DNA of 64,000 nucleotides from an uncultured bacterium (GCA_963702025.1 OY969699.1:1-64000), one strand, 5' to 3'; shown: positions 21,102 to 32,308, counted from the first letter of the stretch. The notes: generated by a model not told the origin, from the sequence alone. Numbers and translations are program-made.

Positions 21102-21692
21102 ATGGTATATGCGAATCGAGCAACCTTCTTTGCGCTCACCTGTGCAACTTTACTCTCAATGTATGGCCGTGATTGTATTTTAGAATTCAAGGGAGCCTAT
21201 TTTAGACCAACAAGTCATCTATTTAAAAAGATCTATCGTGGTGGCGCTATTTACGGACCCGAAGTAACCGTGGAAATATGTAACAATTGGTATGGATTTT
21301 TTAGCGCTGATTTTTTTAACAAAAGAGGTAGGTCGATCGGTTTACATACGCCAACAAAAGTAAATATCGTTGATATTGGCATTGGGCTTAAATATTTCGT
21401 GCCATTCTGCTACGGTGATTTTTACGTTGGGTTAGGCGCACTGCCAACGCGATTACATACCCACGATGAATCGCCCTATGTAATTCAATATCGTACAAAA
21501 TGGGCATGCGGCGGCATTGCAAAAGTCGGGGCTTATTTTGATTTGCCTCATTGCTTCACCCTTGATATTTTCTTTAATTATTCATTTGTAAAAGTTGGAT
21601 TTAAGAATCCGCCAAATCCGCCCACGCAATCGCATTCGGCTCGCTTGAATGGGTGGTGGGTTGGCGCTGGCCTTGGCTACCGATTTAATTAA
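21102..21692 (+). CDS. Small outer-membrane beta-barrel protein
   Basis: Amphipathic strands; ends GAGLGYRFN; paralog of 27269-27871. Confidence 0.75.
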   Translation: MVYANRATFFALTCATLLSMYGRDCILEFKGAYFRPTSHLFKKIYRGGAIYGPEVTVEICNNWYGFFSADFFNKRGRSIGLHTPTKVNIVDIGIGLKYFVPFCYGDFYVGLGALPTRLHTHDESPYVIQYRTKWACGGIAKVGAYFDLPHCFTLDIFFNYSFVKVGFKNPPNPPTQSHSARLNGWWVGAGLGYRFN

Positions 21693-21732
21693 GCGATTAC
21701 ATCAAAGGAATGCCTGGGCTATTTCAAGGGTA

Positions 21733-22089
21733 TTACGGCAATGTAACCCATATAAGCAGTCCAGCCATTACCAACAATGGTAATACGATAACTATCAATC
21801 CGAATGGCGAACTCTTATAACTTTTCGCGACAACGAGCTTTTTGTGCATTTTTTTATAATCGATTGATGCCAAAACAATGAGTAAAATTCCCCAGAGAAT
21901 AAGCAGTTCACCAATAATATGCGCAACTATTCTATGAGTTTCTGTTTTAAAACTGATCAATCGTAAAATTGCAACACCACCAGCAATCGCGGCAAGTGCT
22001 GTTCTTAACCATGCAGAAAATGTACGCTCCGCAGCAAGTAACGTTCTTTCTTCAGAAAGTGTATCCATTGTTATTTCTTGATTCTTCAT
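21733..22089 (-). CDS. DUF202 (YidH-like) membrane protein
   Basis: ERTLLAAERTFSAWLRT + 3 TM segments. Confidence 0.88.
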   Translation of the reverse strand: MKNQEITMDTLSEERTLLAAERTFSAWLRTALAAIAGGVAILRLISFKTETHRIVAHIIGELLILWGILLIVLASIDYKKMHKKLVVAKSYKSSPFGLIVIVLPLLVMAGLLIWVTLP

Positions 22090-22164
22090 TTTTAACCCAC
22101 TTCGTTATTACAGTAAAGTAAACGCTTTACTTTCAAGTGTAACGTATAAACCAGGACAAAAGTA

Positions 22165-23058
22165 ATGAAATATAGAATGCAAAGATGGTTATTATTTTTT
22201 ATATTGCTACAGCATGTGCATCTATTGCCAATATCAATGGTCTATAACTTTCGAATTGCGCAAATTACCAAGCAACCGATAGTTGAAAAATCGCATAGAC
22301 ACAATAGGATTATTGCGTTGCTGTTTGATCAATATCGTAAAAAGTACAATGGTATTTTTCAAAATTTTATAGGTGGGTTGGGTTCTTATATTTATGATTT
22401 TGATTCATACTATTTTCGAACCGATTTTGCCGCATCGCATATAAAAGAAATTACTGACCATGTTACCACTTTTTCCGGTACTGAGACGGATGATATCCTT
22501 TTTACTGGTGGCCGCAATTTTATTATCAACGATCGAACCACTATGACATTCTCGGGATTGTTCGGCGTTCCGACTCATAGAATTTTTAGACTACAGCACG
22601 TTGACTTTGGCTATAGCCAAATTGGTTTGGGCCTTCAATGGGATGGCTCCTACTTATTAAATGATACGAGTGCTCTTTTGTATGGAGCACGCTACATCTA
22701 TTTTGTGCCAAGAACTGCGCTCGATGATTTAGAAGAAAAACACAGATTCACTATTGGCAATATTGGAGATTTGCTGCTTGCTTATAAAAATAACTGGGAT
22801 TTCCATCATGGCATTGAATTTGGTTATACCGCACGCTTTCGCTTTGGCGCTCATATTTATCCCAACCTTGATGATATTGTAAAAAAAACCAACTATATTC
22901 GAAGTAACTTTTACGGGGTTTATAAATATAAATTTATTGTTAATGATATCTCACATCGATTGTTATTCTATCTCTCATACGGCTTTGACCATACGCCAAA
23001 AATTTACGGCAATAAATATATTGTTACGTTGTGGGCATCATGGAATATTGGTTTTTAA
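22165..23058 (+). CDS. Putative outer-membrane beta-barrel protein
   Basis: Signal peptide, aromatic-rich strands, terminal Phe (WNIGF). Confidence 0.6.
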   Translation: MKYRMQRWLLFFILLQHVHLLPISMVYNFRIAQITKQPIVEKSHRHNRIIALLFDQYRKKYNGIFQNFIGGLGSYIYDFDSYYFRTDFAASHIKEITDHVTTFSGTETDDILFTGGRNFIINDRTTMTFSGLFGVPTHRIFRLQHVDFGYSQIGLGLQWDGSYLLNDTSALLYGARYIYFVPRTALDDLEEKHRFTIGNIGDLLLAYKNNWDFHHGIEFGYTARFRFGAHIYPNLDDIVKKTNYIRSNFYGVYKYKFIVNDISHRLLFYLSYGFDHTPKIYGNKYIVTLWASWNIGF

Positions 23059-23412
23059 ATCTAGCTCTACTTTTTCGCACTCATTATTTGAATTTGATTG
23101 CTCTCTTAATAACTTCATGCAATTCGGCAATATTTCTAGCAAATAAACATAGTCCACATCATGCACAGTTTTAGTTTGCTTACTCATTAAAATTCTTCCT
23201 TGATTTTAGAATTATTATCCTTCTTTATATACTTAATTTTATTCTTCATTGTGAACGGTTTTTAAAAAGATATTCACATCAGTGTCAGATGAAAGTTCGT
23301 AGAAGAAAACGAGCGCTCAGTGGTCAAATGATGAGTACAAATGGTCTTGACAAAGAAGAATGCTGTAGTGCAAAGTAATGAAGAAGTTATTCATTTAAAA
23401 AAGGAACTTCTT

Positions 23413-24291
23413 ATGTTTTTAATTTTTTTAATGTATGCATTAACTACATTACCACTCTCCAAGTTATTAATTTTGCAAACGCAGCCATTTATTTTAATAA
23501 GTTTACGCATGTTTGCAGCAGGTGCTTTGCTACTCGGATATCATTTTGCACGGTCTCGATCCTTTTCGATCGCCAAAAATCATATCAAAGATTTTGCCCT
23601 TGTTATTATTTTTGCAATTGTAATGCCCTATTTTTTGCGCTATTGGGGCCTTAGCCATTCTGGGGGCAACATGGTAGATCTTCTGTGCTATTGCGGTCCG
23701 CTTATTACATACTTACTTACCGGTTTTTTGAACATAGAAACATTCTCGCGCGTAAAAGAACTTGCGCTTATAATTGGTTATGGTGGCTTACTTATGCTTG
23801 GCGGTATTCCTCACTTTTCATTCGGGTTGCCTGAGTTTGCAATTATAGTTTCAGTCTTCAGTTTTGCCTATGGGTGGATTATTATGCGGCGCTTGGTGGT
23901 GGATTATGAGTATAATCCAATCTTTATTAATGGGTGCACCATGTTTGGAGCCGGCTGCATAGCATTTGTACTTTCAGCACTTACTGAACCAATGAATATC
24001 ACCGGTGATGTTACACAATTTGCCTTGCTACTCGCGGCAATTATTGTGATTGGTAATATTACAGCGCACACGTTGTATATTGGATTATTAAAAAAATATA
24101 GCCTCACATTGATCCAGCTATGCAGCTTTATTACCCCGGTATGCATTGAATATCGGAATATTGTATTTGGAATTAAGGGAATTTCAGCACAATTTCTTTG
24201 TGCTACGTTGTTGATTCTGATCAGTATTTTATTCTTTCGTTTTGCACAGAAAGAATGGAATCCTGGATGCTCTACTGTTTCAGAAAAATAA
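23413..24291 (+). CDS. DMT/EamA family transporter
   Basis: About 10 TM segments; PFILISLRMFAAG motif. Confidence 0.85.
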   Translation: MFLIFLMYALTTLPLSKLLILQTQPFILISLRMFAAGALLLGYHFARSRSFSIAKNHIKDFALVIIFAIVMPYFLRYWGLSHSGGNMVDLLCYCGPLITYLLTGFLNIETFSRVKELALIIGYGGLLMLGGIPHFSFGLPEFAIIVSVFSFAYGWIIMRRLVVDYEYNPIFINGCTMFGAGCIAFVLSALTEPMNITGDVTQFALLLAAIIVIGNITAHTLYIGLLKKYSLTLIQLCSFITPVCIEYRNIVFGIKGISAQFLCATLLILISILFFRFAQKEWNPGCSTVSEK

Positions 24292-24413
24292 ATAAGAAAA
24301 ATTCTATCATAAGAAATCAAGGAACATCTAATTATGGCTAAACATTAAAAAGTATTGCACCTGCTTGAAAGTACTCGCATTAATTAAGATATTCATGATT
24401 AAAGTATTTTTTT

Positions 24414-24725
24414 CTAATGAGCCAAATATTTTTCAATAGCTGCCTTAAGATCATTTTGAGTCATCTCGCCGATAACTCGTCCCATGTCCTGTTTGTTTTT
24501 TATGAAAATAAAAGTTGGAAGTGAACTAATATTAAATTCTTGAACGAACTCTGGAGACTGATCTGTATCAAATTCGGCGAATGTATATTTATTGTTCAAT
24601 TCTTTTTCAAGCTTTTCAAAAATTGGGCTCATTTTCGCGCAATGCGGGCACCACGTTGCAAATGCCTTTATAACGATCGGTTTACTTGATTCTTTGATAA
24701 GATTTTGTGTTGCTTGCACAACCAT
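24414..24725 (-). CDS. Thioredoxin
   Basis: FATWCPHC; ISSLPTF. Confidence 0.92.
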   Translation of the reverse strand: MVVQATQNLIKESSKPIVIKAFATWCPHCAKMSPIFEKLEKELNNKYTFAEFDTDQSPEFVQEFNISSLPTFIFIKNKQDMGRVIGEMTQNDLKAAIEKYLAH

Positions 24726-24761
24726 TTAAAATCTCCTCTTTCTATATTTTTATTAAACCAT

Positions 24762-25262
24762 TTACAACACTTCAACCAAAAGCGCTTCAAGCTTTTTATC
24801 CACAATTTCAGCAACGCGAGAAACTTCCGTATTATGAAACTGGGAAAGTATTGAAGAGAAACGATCGTAAACGATGACAGTTCTCATCGCATTATCCTCA
24901 TACACCAGCAGCTTAAATGGCGCATATAATGCTACTGGCAAAAGATGTTTTGTCATTCGAACTGCAAGCAACGGATTCCCGATTGTATATTGAATTGCTT
25001 TGTTAGATTTTCCTGCAACAGAAAGCAAAAGTCCATGCTCTATCTTCCCAAAAATGGCTAAGCCGCTTTTGCCAACCACCTTTTCAATCGCTTGTGTTAT
25101 TTGCTCCCAAGACGCCCTCTCTGCTTCCAATTGTAAGAGAAGTTTATCAACACCCTCGGCCATACCCAATCTCGCTTCAAGCGCCGATATAACCTTTTCA
25201 AACGGCTTATCCGATGTTGTAACAATATGCTCGATAGTTATAGTTGTCACTTCATTATTCAT
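24762..25262 (-). CDS. DUF302 domain protein
   Basis: YTIGNPLLA..M, ALYAPFKLLVYE. Confidence 0.85.
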   Translation of the reverse strand: MNNEVTTITIEHIVTTSDKPFEKVISALEARLGMAEGVDKLLLQLEAERASWEQITQAIEKVVGKSGLAIFGKIEHGLLLSVAGKSNKAIQYTIGNPLLAVRMTKHLLPVALYAPFKLLVYEDNAMRTVIVYDRFSSILSQFHNTEVSRVAEIVDKKLEALLVEVL

Positions 25263-25302
25263 TATCTGAGAATCCTCTAAAATTTCTGCTCAAAAACAAA
25301 TG

Positions 25303-26310
25303 TCATGATACAATCTCGACGATTTTTTCTTCTTCAATAACAGTTGTATGCAACGTCTCTCCATTCGGTTGTGAGGTGCACTCATGGACGTTTGATGCTG
25401 GCGTCCGATCGATCAGGAGGCTGAGCAGTTCTGGACGGCTATAGTGCCCTCGCGAGTCCATGATTTGCTTGCGAGAATCGATTAGTGCAAAGTCAAGATC
25501 AGCAATTACTTCACCTTCGCCAGATTTGAGTGGTTCGCCCAGAATCTGTCCATCGGGATTAACAATCGCGGTAAAACAGCCGCCAGAAATCGGCTCGATA
25601 GAGCAACCAGTGTCTTTCATAATCTGCGTCTGCTGATCGGCATTGAGCCACGCCGTCGCATTAACTACAAAGCAAGCGGATTCGAGGGCATGATTGCGGA
25701 TGGAAACTTCTGTTTGCTCCGTGAACAACTGGCCGAAGATCGATCCGGGATGCATCGCCGAGTGAATTTGCTCACCATCGGCAATTAGTGCATAACGCGC
25801 TAGCGGCATATAGTGCTCCCAGCATGCTAGCTGTCCAATGCGACCAACTTTGCTCTCAACAGCACGCAGGCTGCTGGCGTCGCCTTGGCCCCAAATCATT
25901 TTCTCGTGATAGGTTGGCATTATCTTACGGCGCCGCTGGATGAGCGTACCATCCGCATCGAAGAGTAGCTGAGCATTATAAATTGAGCCGCCATCGCGCT
26001 CATTAACGCCGATTGAGACGACCATGTGCGCTTCTTTGGCAGCCTCTCCAATCACAAGAATCTCGGCTGAGGGGATGGTGACCGACTCGTCTAGTAAATG
26101 CTGACACTCTTTACCAGCCCTCATATCGAATGCTGACTGGACGAATGAGAAATAAGGATAGTATGGAACGATGGTTTCGGGGAAAGTAGCAAATTGGACG
26201 CCTTTTTTGCCGAGCTCGCGGATTTTCTTTATGATTTTCTCGACGGTAGCTTGGCGGCTGTATAGCACGGGGCTAATCTGCACGGCCGCAGCTTTAACGA
26301 TGGTACTCAC
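25303..26310 (-). CDS. Nitrilase (carbon-nitrogen hydrolase)
   Basis: FPE, RRKIMPT, LACWEH (E-K-C triad); GHYSRPE. Confidence 0.93.
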   Translation of the reverse strand: MSTIVKAAAVQISPVLYSRQATVEKIIKKIRELGKKGVQFATFPETIVPYYPYFSFVQSAFDMRAGKECQHLLDESVTIPSAEILVIGEAAKEAHMVVSIGVNERDGGSIYNAQLLFDADGTLIQRRRKIMPTYHEKMIWGQGDASSLRAVESKVGRIGQLACWEHYMPLARYALIADGEQIHSAMHPGSIFGQLFTEQTEVSIRNHALESACFVVNATAWLNADQQTQIMKDTGCSIEPISGGCFTAIVNPDGQILGEPLKSGEGEVIADLDFALIDSRKQIMDSRGHYSRPELLSLLIDRTPASNVHECTSQPNGETLHTTVIEEEKIVEIVS

Positions 26311-26342
26311 CGGTTTTCCTTAAAATGTTTTACAGTTGCATT

Positions 26343-26402
26343 CATACTTTTTCCTTTTCAAGCTGTTCAAAAATTGGCCTCATTTTAGCGCAATGGTGGC
26401 AA
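26343..26402 (-). pseudogene. Thioredoxin fragment
   Basis: Reads CHHCAKMRPIFEQLEKEKV*, matching CPHCAKMSPIFEKLEKEL of the thioredoxin at 24414. Confidence 0.7.
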
Positions 26403-26417
26403 ATTCACTCGTCTTAA

Positions 26418-27218
26418 CTAAATTTTATTTTTCCAAGCATCTGCTTGTGTTTTTTTAATAAAATCTTCAATATCTTTTGGTACAACATTACGGAACTTTC
26501 CTGAATCTGCAGGAATAATTGCAATCATTGCTTTTATCATTTCTTCAGGATCCATCTGATCCTCGAAAGCGCCTTTAAGATATTTCTGCACCACAGCTTT
26601 TTTGGTAAAATTTTTCTTATCATCCATCCAATGAAGGGCTGATTCGGCCATGGCATCATTAAATCCAGTAAGATATGCACCAGGGTTGATTGTTTGCACT
26701 TGAATCTTGAATGGTTTTAATTCACTTTGCATTGTTTCAGCTATGCATTCAAGCGCATGCTTAGTTGCAGAGTAAGGGCCAAGATACGGTGTTGAAAATA
26801 AGCCGGCTATTGAACTGGTAAATACAATTTTTCCTGGACGTTTCTCATCAACAAATTTGCGGATAAACTTTTGCGCAAGATTGAGACCGGCAAAAACATT
26901 TGTCTGAAAAATATCATACAGAAGATCTAATGGAATTTCAGCGAGCGGCCCGCTGTAGCCAATTGCAGCATTGTTGACAAGAATATCAATATCCCATTTC
27001 AATGCATTCTCCACATCGTAAGCATCCAAGATATCAAGCTTCTCAATATGCAAATTTTTAAGTCCAAGTGATTTTGCTTTTTTGCGCATTCTGGTTGCCT
27101 GAGGCCATATATGCGTGCCAGCAATTACTTCGTGTCCATTCTGCGCAAGACCAATCGCGGTCCCTTCACCAAAACCTGAACCGGCACCGGTAATCAAAAT
27201 TCTTTTTTTCTTATTCAT
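26418..27218 (-). CDS. Short-chain dehydrogenase/reductase
   Basis: TGAGSGFG, NNA, YSATK. Confidence 0.93.
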   Translation of the reverse strand: MNKKKRILITGAGSGFGEGTAIGLAQNGHEVIAGTHIWPQATRMRKKAKSLGLKNLHIEKLDILDAYDVENALKWDIDILVNNAAIGYSGPLAEIPLDLLYDIFQTNVFAGLNLAQKFIRKFVDEKRPGKIVFTSSIAGLFSTPYLGPYSATKHALECIAETMQSELKPFKIQVQTINPGAYLTGFNDAMAESALHWMDDKKNFTKKAVVQKYLKGAFEDQMDPEEMIKAMIAIIPADSGKFRNVVPKDIEDFIKKTQADAWKNKI

Positions 27219-27268
27219 TTTCTATCTTTTTTTTATTCGTTATATAGAAAGAATCAGATAGCAATAAT

Positions 27269-27871
27269 TCAGAAACGGTATCCCAAACCGGCACCAACAA
27301 TAAAACCACTAATATTTGCCTTCAGGGGAACCACCGGACCGGTAGGCGCAACCGCTTCATGTGATCTAACATGCGCAAAAGAATAGGCCAAAAATAAATC
27401 TAGGAAAAAATTACATGAAAAAGTTACTAATGCGCCGCCCTTTACAATGCCGCCTAATGCCCATTTGGTAATCTTTGGAATTACAAATGGGGAAAAATCA
27501 TGCGTATGTACTCGAACCGGTTGAAAGCCGAGGCCTACGTAAAAATCAGTATTATCGCACCAACAAGCAGGTGTGAAATATTTTACACCGATGCCTATTG
27601 GCAATAAGGTTACTTTGGTGGGATTATTCAAACCGATCGAATGATCCTTTTTGCGATAATAATCTACACTAAAAAATCCATACCAATGTTCATTGCATTC
27701 CGATAATTGCACGCTCAGCTCAGGCCCGTATAAAGCACTACCTTTATAAATATGTTTAAAGTGTTTGCCTGTCGGTTTAAAATAAGCACCTTTGAATTCA
27801 AGCAAAATATCGCGCGCCGCTAACCCTGAAAACAAAAACAATATCGAGAGCAATGTTATTTTTTTCATCAT
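27269..27871 (-). CDS. Small outer-membrane beta-barrel protein
   Basis: RDILLEFKGAYF...GAGLGYRF; directly downstream of two YVTN genes. Confidence 0.75.
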   Translation of the reverse strand: MMKKITLLSILFLFSGLAARDILLEFKGAYFKPTGKHFKHIYKGSALYGPELSVQLSECNEHWYGFFSVDYYRKKDHSIGLNNPTKVTLLPIGIGVKYFTPACWCDNTDFYVGLGFQPVRVHTHDFSPFVIPKITKWALGGIVKGGALVTFSCNFFLDLFLAYSFAHVRSHEAVAPTGPVVPLKANISGFIVGAGLGYRF

Positions 27872-27888
27872 GTACATTCCTTTTTTTA

Positions 27889-29187
27889 TTAACAGTTTTG
27901 ACTCACCGTTACGCAAGCCGGTGAAGATGCATTATTTTGTGCATCAACAGATACTATGCAATAACTATAATTAACATTTGGGATACGATTGTGAGCAATA
28001 TATTTTAATGGGCCTGATGCTGAAACTGTGGCAACTAATTGTGACAAGCCAGTATTTGAATAAATATTATAGCTTGCAGGAGTAGTTCCGGCAGTTGGCG
28101 AATTCCAATTTAAAATATTAATTAGATCTTTTTGCAGCAGAAAAATATCTTGTGATTTACATCCAGTAACATTAACCGGTGGTAAAATGGATACCATAAT
28201 AGAAATAGTATTATTATTATTAGCTATGTAACCAGTTGCTCCATTTGGTGTAATCGTCTCTACTAAAGGATTATCAATTGTATCATTAGGATCACTTACT
28301 ATTCCCGTCACCAAATTTGTTGCAGTATTAAGAATGCTTACGGTTGATGCGCCATAATTGCCTACGTATAATGTTTGTCCATCGGGACTCATGGTAATTC
28401 CAAAGGGCTCATTAAAAGTTGAATCTGATACTGTTTCAATTGAGGTATTAGTCGCAACATCAACAATTGTTATGGTATCTAAATTATAATTTGCAACATA
28501 CAGTTTTGAGCCATCCGGAGTTATTGCTAAGCCATAGGGATAATTAAATGTTCCGGTAACCGGGCTAACAACAAGAGTGGATAAATTGAGTGCATACACA
28601 CCGGTATTAAAGTTACTTACAAATGCCTTAGAACCATCAGGAGTAATAACAATATTTCCAAGTTCTGTAGAACCTACTGTTATGTTTTGTATTGTTGCAT
28701 TGGTTGATAGATTTACTTGTGTTACAAATGCCCCGCCACTATTAGCAACATAACCGCGTGTTCCATCGGGAGTTATAACCATATATGCGGGGAATGATAC
28801 TGCTGCAGCACTCTGATTTATTGTTCCCGTTACCGTATCTGTAGCAACATTTATAATACTAATACTGGGAGCATTGTAATTCATAACATATGCAGTAGTT
28901 CCATCGGGTGTAAAAACAGTGCCATAAGGGCCATTAAAGGTATTACTCGAATCAGTAACTAAACCCGTTACGGTATTCGTTGCTACGTTTACAATGCTTA
29001 CCGTATTGGTATTGTAATTAGCAACATACATTTTTTGACCGTTAGGAGAAATGACCATAGCATATGGTCCATTTATAGTTGATGAACTATCGTTCACAAG
29101 ACCGACCACCATATTTGGATTTCCAAACATAGAATATGGCATCATCAAAAAGATAAAATAAATATATTTTAATGAATAGTTAAGCAT
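27889..29187 (-). CDS. YncE/YVTN beta-propeller protein with FN3-like C-terminal domain
   Basis: About 7 repeats of P..I.ITPDG...YVAN...TVSI; signal peptide. Confidence 0.88.
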   Translation of the reverse strand: MLNYSLKYIYFIFLMMPYSMFGNPNMVVGLVNDSSSTINGPYAMVISPNGQKMYVANYNTNTVSIVNVATNTVTGLVTDSSNTFNGPYGTVFTPDGTTAYVMNYNAPSISIINVATDTVTGTINQSAAAVSFPAYMVITPDGTRGYVANSGGAFVTQVNLSTNATIQNITVGSTELGNIVITPDGSKAFVSNFNTGVYALNLSTLVVSPVTGTFNYPYGLAITPDGSKLYVANYNLDTITIVDVATNTSIETVSDSTFNEPFGITMSPDGQTLYVGNYGASTVSILNTATNLVTGIVSDPNDTIDNPLVETITPNGATGYIANNNNTISIMVSILPPVNVTGCKSQDIFLLQKDLINILNWNSPTAGTTPASYNIYSNTGLSQLVATVSASGPLKYIAHNRIPNVNYSYCIVSVDAQNNASSPACVTVSQNC

Positions 29188-29201
29188 TATTTGCTCCCTT
29201 T

Positions 29202-30587
29202 TTATGAACAGCTTTGATTGATCGCTACTTGTACCGGATTTGAACTCGTGCCTACCGAATTAGTACCTACTATGAAATAAACTCCAGTAGTATTTGGCAA
29301 TTGATTATGATCTAAAAATTGTAATGGTCCGCTTGCAGAAATAGTCACGATTAAATCAGTTAATCCTGCATCGCGGTAAATACTATAACTTAATGGTAAT
29401 GAAGGGCCAGTTGCATTCCAGGTGAGTTTATTAATCAAATCTTCTTGAAAAAGAAATCTGTCTTGCGTTTTGCATCCGGTTGCTGCAATTTGGAACGATG
29501 GTAACGCAATAACATTAACCGTATTGGAAATATAGTTTGATACATAGGCAAATTGCCCGTTTGGAGAAATTGCAACGTTGGCAGGAGATTGATCAACTGC
29601 AATGATCGGCGGGATAACTGTGTTTGTTGCAGTATCAATAATGTTTATGGTTCCTTGTCCGGGAGTTAAATCAGCAAATTGGGGCGCCCCAACGGCATAC
29701 AATGTATTGTAATTACTTGCATATGCTAAACGCCCATCGGGGGTGATCGCTAAACCGGAAGGCTGTATGCCTAGATTAATTGTCGCAATTATTGTATCGC
29801 TACTTAAATCAACAACGCTCACCGTGGTGCCATAAGGCGCAAAATTATTGCTGCCAAAATTGGTAACATAGGCATAATTGCCATCAGGCGTTATTGCTAT
29901 TGCAAATGGCCCGGAAAAGCCGCTTATAGTATCGATTACCGTATTGTTACTCGTTTGTATTACACTTATTGTCCCATGGCCAGGATTACCATCAACATAA
30001 TTAATTACGTAGACATAAGCCCCATCAGGAGTTATCGCCAATGATGCAGGGGCAAGACCAACGTTAATTAGCCCAACAATAGTATTTGTATTCAGATCAA
30101 CAACGTTCACGGTGCTTGCAAGACCACTGTCACCATCCGCACCATAATTATTCACGTATGCGGTAGTTCCATCGGGAGTTATCACAAAACCTGATGGCCC
30201 ATTAAATCCGTCGATTACCCCCGATACGGTATTAGTGGCTATATCTATAATTGTTACCGTTGTACCATAACTATTGGTCACATAGGCCAGAGTTCCGGCA
30301 GCATTAATGGTCACGGTATACGGCTCACTAAAACTAGGATCATTAATGGTTTGCTGCAGAGTATTATTTGTTAGATTTAACACGCTCACAGAATCTGAAC
30401 CGGGAATCCCATAATTATTATTGTTCGCAACATAGGCAAAAAGATTGTCAGGAGTAACGGCAAGCCCGGCAGGAGTAACGCCCACAGGAATAGTTGCTAT
30501 CACTGTATTGGGGTTCACGGCATGTACAAATGATGAAAGTGAAAATAGTACAAAAGTTAACAGGTGACGCAAAAATAACTGAGGCAT
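29202..30587 (-). CDS. YncE/YVTN beta-propeller protein with FN3-like C-terminal domain
   Basis: AITPDG..AYVTN repeats; signal peptide. Confidence 0.88.
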   Translation of the reverse strand: MPQLFLRHLLTFVLFSLSSFVHAVNPNTVIATIPVGVTPAGLAVTPDNLFAYVANNNNYGIPGSDSVSVLNLTNNTLQQTINDPSFSEPYTVTINAAGTLAYVTNSYGTTVTIIDIATNTVSGVIDGFNGPSGFVITPDGTTAYVNNYGADGDSGLASTVNVVDLNTNTIVGLINVGLAPASLAITPDGAYVYVINYVDGNPGHGTISVIQTSNNTVIDTISGFSGPFAIAITPDGNYAYVTNFGSNNFAPYGTTVSVVDLSSDTIIATINLGIQPSGLAITPDGRLAYASNYNTLYAVGAPQFADLTPGQGTINIIDTATNTVIPPIIAVDQSPANVAISPNGQFAYVSNYISNTVNVIALPSFQIAATGCKTQDRFLFQEDLINKLTWNATGPSLPLSYSIYRDAGLTDLIVTISASGPLQFLDHNQLPNTTGVYFIVGTNSVGTSSNPVQVAINQSCS

Positions 30588-30787
30588 TATTATCTCTCCT
30601 AGGTAATATAACCAATCTACCTAGACGATAAAACTACTACCTAAGAAAACGCAAGAAAAAAAAGTGCTCCAACTAAGATATGGCATTGATCTACTCTCAG
30701 AACTCATTGCACAATTTATTGTTATTGATAACTTTGAAATTGGAGAAATAAAATTAGGTCAATATTTTTCAAAAAAGAGAGAATAAC

Positions 30788-31432
30788 ATGAAAAATATAT
30801 TAATATTTGCGCTTATCTTATCGGCAAGTAATGATTGTTTAGTTGCAATGAATTCGCAAGAGGGAAAAATGCAAACTTTAGCAGATTCTTCTTCAGAGGA
30901 ACTCACCGCAACTGAGCAGGCTTGCTACGATTGGTTCAAGAAACAACAAAAAACTCTTCCTTCATCTTTTCAAAAATTATCCCCAGAAGATCTTCAAACC
31001 TTTGAGAAACAGGTAAAATATAACGATAATCCCCAAGCAGTGATACTGTCGCGCCACCATTTTGCTGAAATCTTTTATGAAGCAGCACAAACAGCCGGAT
31101 TAGAATTACCGTATGATAAAGAACTACTAAAAAATACGTTTGTGAAGATGAAAAAAATAATGGATTCTCCCACTATGGCAAAACCAAAAGATCTGCTCTC
31201 TGCACGCATGTACGCATTTTCAATGCTAAGCGAAGACGAAAAAAAAGCTTACTCACAAGAAAATTATTGGAAAAATCCTGATGCAACTAAAATCGTAATT
31301 AGCAAATGGAGCCAGCTTGTTTGCAACGAACTTATTAAAATTAAGCAGTTGGATAGCACTTTAAAAGATCAAAAAGAACAAGAATTATTCAATGAAAAAA
31401 TAGAAACTTTTGAAAATACTTACAAAAAGTAA
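30788..31432 (+). CDS. Secreted hypothetical protein
   Basis: MKNILIFALILSASNDCLVAMN signal peptide. Confidence 0.7.
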   Translation: MKNILIFALILSASNDCLVAMNSQEGKMQTLADSSSEELTATEQACYDWFKKQQKTLPSSFQKLSPEDLQTFEKQVKYNDNPQAVILSRHHFAEIFYEAAQTAGLELPYDKELLKNTFVKMKKIMDSPTMAKPKDLLSARMYAFSMLSEDEKKAYSQENYWKNPDATKIVISKWSQLVCNELIKIKQLDSTLKDQKEQELFNEKIETFENTYKK

Positions 31433-31605
31433 GCTATCATAAGATTGAGATGGTTCATCGAGCAGCAAAGCCTTAGTGAAGATATTTGGCCAATGGCCAT
31501 AAGGAATAAACTGATATAAATTCCAAACGTAACTCTTGCTTACCGTATCACGTACCCGGTATCGTAAAAATAGGGCTAAAAAGATTTATTTTAAAAAGGC
31601 CGAAC

Positions 31606-32308
31606 GTGAAGCGAATTGCTTTAATCGCATGCATCATCATCACAAGTTTGATTGGAGCAGCATTTAGTTTGTTCTACTATTTTAAACTTCCTCCATTCGA
31701 ATCTCCAGTACCTTTTGACCATTTACAAATCCTTCATAAAGCTGGAGAGCCAGAAAATACACTCAAAGCAATTATAGCTTCTCATGATAAAGGGGGTAAA
31801 AGCGGTTGATGAAATCCGTAAAAAAAATATTCTTTCTCGCAATGAAGTTATGCACGATTCAGTAGAATATCTTGAGAATGTTTTAATAAATGAGACTGAT
31901 ATTTTGCATGAATATTTCATACCACGAAAAAATTTTATACCCTACATAAATCAAGTGCGCACACTCTTACAAAAAAGCAAAGTCCCGGTACCCAATGCGT
32001 CAGTACGCATTGTTAATAAAGAATCTAATACGCTTAATTATGCACCGCAAGATATGTTTGCTATTGTACTCTATGTAAACCAAAGAGTTGATAAGAGCTC
32101 ATTGCAAGCAATGGAAAAATTAACGAGCAATTTAATTGATTTAGCACTTAAGTTTGATGGAACGTTTTTCTTACCATATCAATTATATTATACGCGCGAG
32201 CAACTCCAAAAAGCCTATCCTAATATTGATGCCTTTTTTGCGCTTAAAAGAAAATATGATCCGTCACTTTTATTCATGAACAATTTTTATGCGAAATACG
32301 CCGACTGA
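31606..32308 (+). pseudogene. Deletion remnant: GDPD-like N-terminus joined to FAD-linked oxidase C-terminus
   Basis: HKAGEPENTLKA resembles GDPD HRG..PENTL; LHEYFIP, GTFFLPYQ, LKRKYDP..LF.N.F are FAD-oxidase C-terminal motifs; the FAD-binding domain is missing. Confidence 0.6.

Noticed and set aside
23040..23187. ~49-aa minus-strand ORF MSKQTKTVHDVDY...
   Set aside because: No recognisable motif; overlaps the end of the preceding gene; unsupported
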